Assembly: GCA_963787835.1 (NCBI GenBank)
Contig: CAWBEI010000003.1
Location: forward strand, 224,001 to 288,000
Direction: 5' to 3'
Origin: Ignavibacteriota bacterium
Lineage (GTDB): Bacteria > Bacteroidota > Ignavibacteria > Palsa-1295
Length of the DNA: 64,000 nucleotides
Positions 56,865-64,000 of this stretch are shown here, one piece after another. A program made the translations under genes and the position numbers. The stretch's first letter is position 1; each line of letters starts with the position of its first letter. The notes under the pieces were generated by a model that was given only the letters and a program-made list of their open reading frames with translations, was not told the DNA's origin and did no database searches.

Positions 56865-59360
56865 TTATTTTAATTCCACAATAGTAACGCCGGCTCCACC
56901 CTCCTGCGGTTCACCATAGCGGTAGCTTTTAACCAATTCGTGACCGCGTAAGTGCTGCGTGATGCGGCGGCTAAGCGCGCCTGTGCCATGACCATGAATG
57001 ATTTCCACGCGCTCCAGCCCATGCGCAGAGGCATCGGCAAGAAAGCGATCGACCATCATCACGCCGTCATCGCCATACTGACCGCGCAGATCGATCCGGC
57101 GCTCGGCGGTTTCGGCAAGATATTTCGTGGCCTGAGATACTTCGCGAGATGCAGGCTTCATCGCCTTTGCATCTGCCTTACTCACAAATTCCAACTGATC
57201 GCGCTTTGCCCGCATCTTCAGCGAGCCGATCTCTACCTCTACATCATTCCCTTTTACCGAAAGCACTTTTCCGATCTGTGCAGGATTCGATTTCAATTTA
57301 ACATTTACCCCAATGGTGATCTCACCGTCCTGGACGGTGTGGACTTCTTGGACGGCAAGATCAGCTACTAGTTGTTTTCGTTCTTGCTCCTGACGGAATC
57401 GCATAGAGCGCAAATTATCGCTGGCTTCTGATGGATTTGCGACTGCTTCTTTTGCTTCCCGGACGGCGCGTTCCACAAATTGATTTGCGCGCTTTAATAT
57501 TTCTTCAGCTTCTTCGGATGCTCGTTTCTTTGCGGAGCGGCGAATTTCATCGGCTTCATCGCGCTTGCGTTCAAAATCCATTCGTGCGGCACGGGCTGCG
57601 CCAAGTTCTCGCTCGGCTTCCGTTTTGCGAGCGCGCGCTTCTTGTTGCAACGTTTCGAGCGAAGCCGTCAGATCTTCAATGCGATTGCTTTGCTCGCCGG
57701 TTAGCTCGCGAGCATGTTGAACAAGATGATGTCCAAGCCCAAACCGCTCTGCAATATCGAAGGCATGGGAACTGCCGGGCACGCCAGCCCGAAATCGGAA
57801 CGTCGGCGCAAGCGTTTCGCGGTCGAATTCCATCGAGCCGTTTTCAACACCCGAAGAGGATTCCGCGTACGCAGCGAGCCTGCCGTAGTGTGTGGTAGCA
57901 ATAGTGAAGCAGCCTATGCGCGTGAGATGTTCGAGGATACTCTGCGCAAGCGCACCGCCCTCTTCCGGTGCTGTGCCACCACCAATCTCGTCGAGAAGGA
58001 CGAGGCTTGAGCGAGTTACATCACTCAGAATTTCTACCAGCGAACGAACGTGTGAACTAAAGGTACTAAGATCATCCGCAATAGATTGGGAATCTCCGAT
58101 CTCGACAAAGATCCCGTCCATCATCGGCAAGCGGCAATCTGCACCGACTGGAATCGGCAGCCCCGCGTGTGCCATCAGCGAAAGGATCCCGACTGTTTTA
58201 AGCAGAACGGTTTTGCCGCCGGCATTCGGGCCAGTGAGAACGAGTGTGCGGCGGTCTTCATCCATTTGAATCGTCAGGGGCACTGTTCTATCCCTGCCGA
58301 TCTTCTCGATGAGTAATGGATGCCGTGCATTTGTAAGCGTAAACACTCGGTCGCGTTTTGCCGATTGTGGCTCCAACAGTGCGTCCTCCGCAACAATGCG
58401 TAACGCATACGCTCCTTTTGAATGCACGGCATCGAGATGGGCGGCAGCGTGAAGAGAGGAACGAAGATCTGGAATAGAACTTCGCAATCGATCAGCAAGA
58501 ATGCGCAGTATGCGATCGATCTCGCGTTGTTCGGCAAATTCGAGCGAACGAAGTTCATTGTTGAGCTCCAGCGTTTCACTTGGCTCGATGAAGACGGTTT
58601 GTCCAGTCTGTGAAACAGAATGAATAAATCCTGGCACACGCCGTTTATGTTCGACCTTAATCGGCACCACGTAGCGGCCTTCACGCTGGGTGATAATTTC
58701 ATCGCGAGCAAATTCATCTTCGGAAAGCCTTCGCACAATAGCCATCAGGCGATTGCGAAGTATCTCCGCCGCGCGTACCATATCATGCCGAATGCGCGAA
58801 AGCTCCGGACTTGCCGAATCGCGAATCTTTCCGGCATCGTCAAAGACGGTATCGAAGTGGAGTTCAAGCACTTTGTCATCGAAAAGATTTACTGCTGTTT
58901 TCCACAAAAGCGGAGCCTCATCGTGACGACGAGAGAAGAATTCCCGCATGGCACGCATGGCTTTCATGGCACCGAGCAATCGAAAGCCTTCCTCAATAAT
59001 TAGTGTGCTGCCTTCGATCTCTACTTTGCGGAGCGTGGGAGCTATATCGGTAAGTCCGAAAAATTGCGGTGCTTCACCAGCAATGAGATACTTACGCATC
59101 TCGCGTATCTCTGTTAGTGAGCGATCAATGGCGAGAGGGTCGGATTTGGGAAGCAACTCACGAACGATCGCCTGCTTGCCGGGAGTGGTATGCGCTAATT
59201 GGAGATGCGTGAGGCAAATTTTATCCATCTCCAATTCACGTGCAGCATTGCGGAACGATGGAGGAATGGAACGTAGAAATTCTTCGGCAAGGCGAGTGTT
59301 CGTTTCTCTCGAATCCTCGAAATCATGATCGGAATCCGAATAGTCTTCGAGCGTACTCAC
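56865..59360 (-). CDS. mutS2: Endonuclease MutS2 (Smr domain)
   Basis: 'TGPNAGGKT', 'LSTFSSH', 'LLDE.G.GT.P.EG', C-terminal Smr 'IIHGHGTG.L'. Confidence 0.95.
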   Translation of the reverse strand: MSTLEDYSDSDHDFEDSRETNTRLAEEFLRSIPPSFRNAARELEMDKICLTHLQLAHTTPGKQAIVRELLPKSDPLAIDRSLTEIREMRKYLIAGEAPQFFGLTDIAPTLRKVEIEGSTLIIEEGFRLLGAMKAMRAMREFFSRRHDEAPLLWKTAVNLFDDKVLELHFDTVFDDAGKIRDSASPELSRIRHDMVRAAEILRNRLMAIVRRLSEDEFARDEIITQREGRYVVPIKVEHKRRVPGFIHSVSQTGQTVFIEPSETLELNNELRSLEFAEQREIDRILRILADRLRSSIPDLRSSLHAAAHLDAVHSKGAYALRIVAEDALLEPQSAKRDRVFTLTNARHPLLIEKIGRDRTVPLTIQMDEDRRTLVLTGPNAGGKTVLLKTVGILSLMAHAGLPIPVGADCRLPMMDGIFVEIGDSQSIADDLSTFSSHVRSLVEILSDVTRSSLVLLDEIGGGTAPEEGGALAQSILEHLTRIGCFTIATTHYGRLAAYAESSSGVENGSMEFDRETLAPTFRFRAGVPGSSHAFDIAERFGLGHHLVQHARELTGEQSNRIEDLTASLETLQQEARARKTEAERELGAARAARMDFERKRDEADEIRRSAKKRASEEAEEILKRANQFVERAVREAKEAVANPSEASDNLRSMRFRQEQERKQLVADLAVQEVHTVQDGEITIGVNVKLKSNPAQIGKVLSVKGNDVEVEIGSLKMRAKRDQLEFVSKADAKAMKPASREVSQATKYLAETAERRIDLRGQYGDDGVMMVDRFLADASAHGLERVEIIHGHGTGALSRRITQHLRGHELVKSYRYGEPQEGGAGVTIVELK

Positions 59361-59375
59361 AGCAATGATCGGAGA

Positions 59376-59861
59376 TCAAACATTAGCATCATTTGAAACC
59401 GGGGCATGGACATACGGTTTCAACACCGCAATAACCAACGTTGCGGCTTTGATGAGCGCCATATAGAGTATGGATCGCACAGCAATGGCTTCCGGTGGCA
59501 AATGAACGAGTTGGAATAACGCCAATAGAAGCCCAACGACAACAACGCCACGTATCAGGCCGAGAAAAGCTCCAACTATACCATCCAAGCCCCGCAGCAA
59601 GCCCTGCTTGGGTTTGATCAGTTTTTTCAACCAACTGCCGGCGATCATAAGTACGATGAATGTGAAAATAAATCCCACAATGGGCCATGTCCAGTTCGGG
59701 CCAATGTGAATGAGCGCGCCTACTCTCGCACCAAACATGGAAGAAGCAATGGCGGCAACAAACAGGATCACGATGGAAAGGAGCATCGTCATTGCTCCGG
59801 AGCGCCATCCCCTAATCACACTCAAGACGAGCAACACAGCGAGGATAATATCGAGAACCAT
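59376..59861 (-). CDS. cvpA: CvpA family membrane protein
   Basis: 'LDIIL...S.IRGW..G', 'LD...GA..G..RG'; position upstream of mutS2. Confidence 0.85.
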   Translation of the reverse strand: MVLDIILAVLLVLSVIRGWRSGAMTMLLSIVILFVAAIASSMFGARVGALIHIGPNWTWPIVGFIFTFIVLMIAGSWLKKLIKPKQGLLRGLDGIVGAFLGLIRGVVVVGLLLALFQLVHLPPEAIAVRSILYMALIKAATLVIAVLKPYVHAPVSNDANV

Positions 59862-59878
59862 TTTTTTACAACGCTCTC

Positions 59879-60331
59879 TTACATTGCGGCGAGCTGCGCC
59901 TTCAGCACTTCCTGCACTAATTTTCCGTCGGCCTTACCCTTCATCTCTTTCATAAGGATGGGGTTCACCTTATTGGCATCCTGAGGCCCGGATGCGCCAA
60001 CTTCGGCAATGATAGCCTTCACGCGCTCTGCAATTTCCGGCTCGGTAAGTTGCTTTGGAAGATAGTCCTGAATAACAGCAAGTTCCGCGCGTTCTTTTTC
60101 AGCAAGTTCCGGGCGGCTATTCTTATCATAGAACTCAATGGCTTCGCGGCGTTTTTTTGCTCCGCTGGTGAGGATTTTCATCTCATCATCGGGAGTCATG
60201 GCACGATCAATACCGCTCTTTTCGAACTCGATGATCGCGGCGCGAATGCTGCGCAGCGTTTCGGTGCGCACTTTCTCGCCCGCTTTCATAGCGGACTTCA
60301 GATCCTCGTTGATTTTATCTATTAAGTTCAT
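59879..60331 (-). CDS. GatB/YqeY domain protein
   Basis: 'DLK.AMKAG...LR', 'KKRREAIE.Y....R.ELAEKE..EL.VI..YLP.QL', 'GKADGK.V'. Confidence 0.93.
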   Translation of the reverse strand: MNLIDKINEDLKSAMKAGEKVRTETLRSIRAAIIEFEKSGIDRAMTPDDEMKILTSGAKKRREAIEFYDKNSRPELAEKERAELAVIQDYLPKQLTEPEIAERVKAIIAEVGASGPQDANKVNPILMKEMKGKADGKLVQEVLKAQLAAM

Positions 60332-60358
60332 TGGGATGAGAAACTCGTTCATGTCGTA

Positions 60359-60484
60359 GTCATTGCGAGTCAAAATCACGAAGCGAAGCGGAGTGATTTT
60401 GACGAAGCAATCTCACGCTTGAAAGATCGAGATTGCTTCGTCGAATCGAACTCCCTCCGGTCGTTCGATTCTCCTCGCAATGAC
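60359..60484. repeat. Structured palindromic element, family A copy 2
   Basis: GTCATTGCGAG...GACGAAGCAATCTC...GAGATTGCTTCGTC...CTCGCAATGAC. Confidence 0.9.
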
Positions 60485-60552
60485 ATGATAAAATTTATTT
60501 CGAAGAGAGAAACTCGGACAAACGTTTACTCTCAGCGTGGCGGAAGCTAAAC

Positions 60553-60816
60553 TTACGCCGTAGCTTGCGGATACACGCTGACGCGCTGGCGGTCGAGGCG
60601 AAAGCGCTCGAACTTCACTGTGCCATCGGCAACTGCGAAGAGCGTGTCATCCTTGGCGCGCATGACGTTCTCGCCCGGATGGTACTTCGTTCCGCGCTGA
60701 CGAATGAGGATATTTCCCGAGCGGACGAATTCGCCGCCGAATTTCTTTACGCCTAACCGTTGTGCATTGGAATCGCGCCCGTTGCGCGTCGATCCCATTC
60801 CTTTTTTATGTGCCAT
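60553..60816 (-). CDS. rpmA: 50S ribosomal protein L27
   Basis: '[21 protein letters not shown]'. Confidence 0.98.
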   Translation of the reverse strand: MAHKKGMGSTRNGRDSNAQRLGVKKFGGEFVRSGNILIRQRGTKYHPGENVMRAKDDTLFAVADGTVKFERFRLDRQRVSVYPQATA

Positions 60817-60821
60817 GAGGA

Positions 60822-60925
60822 AGTGCTTAAGTGCTGAGTGCTAAAGTGCTACGTTCTTTTCTTGTTCGCTAATATCCTGAAAAATCAGTCCGCGTGATCC
60901 ATCCAATCCGCGTAATCGTGGTGCA
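60822..60925. repeat. Short tandem repeats (AGTGCT units; AATCCGCGT-like units) between rplU and rpmA
   Basis: aagtgcttaagtgctgagtgctaaagtgct and tccgcgtgatccatccaatccgcgtaatc. Confidence 0.6.
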
Positions 60926-60928
60926 GGT

Positions 60929-61207
60929 TCACCAACTGATCGCTAATTCGGTAAAACGCGGCGTGTGCCCATTCGTTTTGCGATAGCGCTTGCGGCGCTT
61001 TTTGTGAAAAACGATAACCTTCTCGCCACGGATATGTCCGCTCACCGTCGCGAACGGTTTCGCACCGTTACGGCCATCCGAAAATAGAACCTTATCGAGC
61101 GAGACCTCCTGGCCTTCCTCGGCGCCTGCCATATAGGGCACACGAAGCGTCTTCATGGTATCGTCGATCTTGAATTGCTCTCCGGAAATTTCTACGATTG
61201 CGAACAT
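60929..61207 (-). CDS. rplU: 50S ribosomal protein L21 (short variant)
   Basis: 'MFAIVEI.G.QFK', 'KVIVFHKKRRKRYRK.NGH'; upstream of rpmA. Confidence 0.93.
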   Translation of the reverse strand: MFAIVEISGEQFKIDDTMKTLRVPYMAGAEEGQEVSLDKVLFSDGRNGAKPFATVSGHIRGEKVIVFHKKRRKRYRKTNGHTPRFTELAISW

Positions 61208-61318
61208 GGCTTAGTAACGATAACGAGTGATGAGTACCGAATTCTCCACAAAAAAAGCCATTTTGATCGCTCTATTTGCGGGAGGGCGTTAAATGCGAAG
61301 AATCGGCAAAAAGTTCGG

Positions 61319-61810
61319 TTAATCGCCAGTTAGTGATGATTTTGGCAGAGCCACATAGTCATCCGTCGATTTTACGATGGAATCGACATATTCCATCATA
61401 CCTTTCAGTTCATAGCTTGCTGGCTGAAGACTATCAGTCGAGCCGAACCAATGGACGGTCTTATCCAGCGTATCATTCCAGATTCGCAGAAAGTGCGGCT
61501 GACCGGCTCTCGTGTTCCCTGCATGATAGAAGGTATCCGGCATTTGGTAGAAATGCAGCACGACAGCCTTATTGAGAATAAGAAGTTGCTGTCCGGGATC
61601 GAGCGTACACCGCGTTTCGGCATAATGCCCGGTTTCGATCTCCTTTTTATAAAACCGGTCGTACGAGTTGAACTCGTTCCTGCCCGGATATACATAATGC
61701 ACATCCACATGAAAGTGTGCAGGAATCACAGAAGGAATTGGGGACTTGAAATTGATAATGCAGCCACTTAGGGCTATTGCGGTTAGGCAGACTAAAAGTT
61801 TAGGATTCAC
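61319..61810 (-). CDS. Hypothetical lipoprotein (start uncertain)
   Basis: Lipobox 'LSGC' after a hydrophobic stretch. Confidence 0.65.
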   Translation of the reverse strand: MNPKLLVCLTAIALSGCIINFKSPIPSVIPAHFHVDVHYVYPGRNEFNSYDRFYKKEIETGHYAETRCTLDPGQQLLILNKAVVLHFYQMPDTFYHAGNTRAGQPHFLRIWNDTLDKTVHWFGSTDSLQPASYELKGMMEYVDSIVKSTDDYVALPKSSLTGD

Positions 61811-61845
61811 GATACTTGGATTATTGGGCCCCAATTGGCGGATCT

Positions 61846-62112
61846 CTAATAGACTGTGTCGTGAGGACCAATGTTTTCTAATTCGGCAACTCCCGGTTTT
61901 GGAAAATAAAAAATAACGCGCAGGTCGTGGTTCAAGCTAAATGCGCATGAATCCTTTAGTTTGCCGCCTAATTTGTGGGTCTTAAGAGACCGATCATAGG
62001 GATTCTTAAGAAAGATCGCTAATTTTTCTCGAAAGAGTAATTCGAGAGACGGGTTCCCTCGAACAAGCCGATTATATGCGCGAACAAACGAGGAACTGCG
62101 TACAAGTTCCAT
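61846..62112 (-). CDS. Type II toxin, RelE/YafQ-like mRNA interferase
   Basis: 'S.SF.RAY..L', 'LKTHKL.G.L', 'DLRVIF', 'IG.HD.VY'. Confidence 0.88.
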   Translation of the reverse strand: MELVRSSSFVRAYNRLVRGNPSLELLFREKLAIFLKNPYDRSLKTHKLGGKLKDSCAFSLNHDLRVIFYFPKPGVAELENIGPHDTVY

Positions 62113-62327
62113 CAGACTTCATCGAGGCTGCGGATGAACGCATCGAGGTCTGACGTTGGCTGGAGTGAGCCTTGTTCCCACTCGGCAACACTTTCCAAAT
62201 GTTCCATGTAAAGACGATCTCGCTCCGCCTCGATCAACTCCCGATCCAAAACATGTTTTAATTCTTCCATCTCTTCGACCGGCCGGTGCCGGGCTTCTTC
62301 CACTAGATCCATGAATGTCATACTCAT
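62112..62327 (-). CDS. Putative antitoxin
   Basis: Small acidic protein upstream of the toxin and TGATG-coupled to it. Confidence 0.75.
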   Translation of the reverse strand: MSMTFMDLVEEARHRPVEEMEELKHVLDRELIEAERDRLYMEHLESVAEWEQGSLQPTSDLDAFIRSLDEV

Positions 62328-62398
62328 AATGTCCCTCTAAAAAAAAGAACCAACCATAAGGGTAAGAGAGTTCGTTTCTCTTGAAAACGATCCTTTAG

Positions 62399-63700
62399 GT
62401 GAGCGTGGTTTCATTTCGGTACTTACAAACTATTTTGAAGTCTATCATTTTCGCACCCTTTCTCTTCTGCCTCGCGCTTAACGCACGAGCACAGCAAACC
62501 CAGCAGGCCGATAGCATTATTACATCGCCGTGGGTGCAAGTTCATACGCCATCACCAATAGGTGCGGGCCTTCTCTATTTGTCCCCCGATTCGACGTGGG
62601 CGACTGGAGGTAATGGAGGTGTTGCCGAACTCCAACTTTCAACCGACGAAGGAGCGAGTTGGCAGTTTATTCATCGCAACCCGCCGGGTGGCTTAGTGGC
62701 CATGCGAAATGCACACGAAGGTATTACACCGACGTATCAGCAAGGGTATGTTTATAAAACGTATAATGCTTGGCAAACATGGGATAGCGTCCCAAACCCA
62801 CTGACAATTGCAAGTATGGTTTATATCTTCGATTCACTCCATGTTTTTCTTGGGGGAGGCGTAAGTGGTAATGAACTTGAGCGATCCTCTGACGGAGGCA
62901 AAACATGGAATCATGTTTTTATCGGATTTTTCGATGCAATGGGAATGGCTGATGATCTCGTGGGATATGCTGTTGGGCCTGTGCAGCAAGGACCGAAACA
63001 AGGCGACCAAGGAGTTGGGGCATTTAAGACCACCGATGGCGGCGGTTCATGGATTCAGCTATATCCCGGTGATTCTATCGTTGGAATTTATGACGCATAC
63101 GATGTAGCTGTTGTCAATGAAAACACAGCCGTCATGGTTGGGGACAATGAACTCATAGCACGAACCACGGATGGTGGAAACACATGGCGGCAAATTCCTC
63201 CGCCTGATGCAAGAGGAGACATCTTCGAAGGGATCGCAATCAAAGGTGCCATTGGCTATATTTCCGGAGATTATGGTCTCATTCTGCGTACGACGGATAC
63301 GGGTAATACCTGGACCGTTGATGCAAACTACATTCGCCCGGGAGCAGAGGTCGGCAAGCCCTTCATGTATGGAGATTCCCTTGCAGCAATCACTGCCGAT
63401 AGTGGAATTATTTTGATTCGGAATGGGAGTTTAGCAAGCGTTTCTATACCACGATCCGATTTATTATCCATCTCAGTTTTTCCTAACCCGGCTCAGGATG
63501 AGATCACGGTTCAGCTATCGGGGAATGTGCAGCCGGAGATTGAGATGTTCGATGCGTTGGGGAGGGCTCAGGACGTGCACAGCACGTCCCTACACAATGG
63601 GATTTCGCTCGATGTGGCGGGTGTCCCATCGGGAATCTATTTTGTGCGGATGTCGGTGGGAGGGTATGTGCAGTCTCGGAGTGTGGTGATCCAGCGGTAA
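62399..63700 (+). CDS. Secreted BNR/YCF48-like beta-propeller with T9SS sorting domain
   Basis: Signal peptide, 'TTDGG.TW' repeats, CTD 'VFPNPA...SGIYFVR'. Confidence 0.87.
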   Translation: MSVVSFRYLQTILKSIIFAPFLFCLALNARAQQTQQADSIITSPWVQVHTPSPIGAGLLYLSPDSTWATGGNGGVAELQLSTDEGASWQFIHRNPPGGLVAMRNAHEGITPTYQQGYVYKTYNAWQTWDSVPNPLTIASMVYIFDSLHVFLGGGVSGNELERSSDGGKTWNHVFIGFFDAMGMADDLVGYAVGPVQQGPKQGDQGVGAFKTTDGGGSWIQLYPGDSIVGIYDAYDVAVVNENTAVMVGDNELIARTTDGGNTWRQIPPPDARGDIFEGIAIKGAIGYISGDYGLILRTTDTGNTWTVDANYIRPGAEVGKPFMYGDSLAAITADSGIILIRNGSLASVSIPRSDLLSISVFPNPAQDEITVQLSGNVQPEIEMFDALGRAQDVHSTSLHNGISLDVAGVPSGIYFVRMSVGGYVQSRSVVIQR

Positions 63701-63713
63701 GGTTACCGCATCA

Positions 63714-64000
63714 TTAGTTATTCGAAGCTTCGGAGTCTCCGGCTGGCGGCATGGGCTTCATCGGCTCAAAGCGGCCACGTGTGGCATTATACTTCCATGA
63801 GAGACATGGGCGAACAGGACGGATCATGCCAAGACTAAATTCCTCGTCGCTGGCGGTGAGCACAACTTCCTTCGCCTGCTGCTTGCTCGCCGTTGGGGAA
63901 CTATCGCCGCTGACGCGCAGGGAAATATCCTGACCGTACAATGTTCGAAACGGGAAATGAGCCTGCGCGCGAAGCCACGGCAGCGATGGAGTCAGGTCGT
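63714..64000 (-). CDS. Hypothetical protein, C-terminal part (5' end outside window)
   Basis: The frame stays open to the window edge and converges on the T9SS gene. Confidence 0.5.
   Translation of the reverse strand, partial: DLTPSLPWLRAQAHFPFRTLYGQDISLRVSGDSSPTASKQQAKEVVLTASDEEFSLGMIRPVRPCLSWKYNATRGRFEPMKPMPPAGDSEASNN

Noticed and set aside
60332-60379. N-terminal extension of the YqeY ORF, and ORFs 20772-20966 and 47755-47979
   Set aside because: They arise from reading through palindromic repeats or antisense to real genes
60929-61207. Short L21 as a possible pseudogene
   Set aside because: N- and C-terminal conserved motifs are intact and in frame; only an internal segment is shortened
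1-64000. CRISPR array, retron or diversity-generating retroelement
   Set aside because: No regularly spaced direct repeats, cas genes or reverse transcriptase seen; the repeats present are dispersed palindromes

Overview
Bacterial chromosomal segment (~50% GC). It is probably from the FCB group (Kapabacteria/Ignavibacteria/Bacteroidota-like), inferred from six proteins with T9SS type-A C-terminal sorting domains, a LID-less Adk and Bacteroidota-type TAnnTTTG promoter boxes. Positions 1-15.8 kb look accessory. They hold the C-terminus of a WD40 protein, a BNR/YCF48 T9SS protein, a divergent pair (nucleotide-transporter-like MFS-HEAT-cNMP protein and HD hydrolase), and an apparent ECF regulon: sigma, cupin anti-sigma, T9SS-secreted DUF4331, TPR protein, DUF6702, HupE/UreJ and a His-rich TonB receptor. 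Three copies of an ATCC-N16/17-TGTA motif and a predicted Ser-Ser-His (ATCUN) mature N-terminus make this regulon the best candidate for an undescribed surface Ni/Cu-handling system. The block ends at tRNA-Ser, next to att-like repeats. The rest is scrambled housekeeping DNA (pckA, dnaX, rpsT, adk-rsmD-coaD-nadE, icd, nuoE-nuoF-sdhB, valS, cyaY, tRNA-Asn, KinB/AlgB-like two-component system, purL, accC, mutS2, cvpA, rplU-rpmA) with lipoproteins, T9SS cargo and a type II toxin-antitoxin pair. Non-coding signals include an A9 slippage site in dnaX, a candidate sRNA near 37.1 kb and several palindromic repeat families, two of them inserted in frame in valS and accC. Two single-base frameshifts in T runs may be assembly errors. 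No CRISPR array, rRNA, integrase or transposase was seen. All family assignments come from motif recognition, not database searches.
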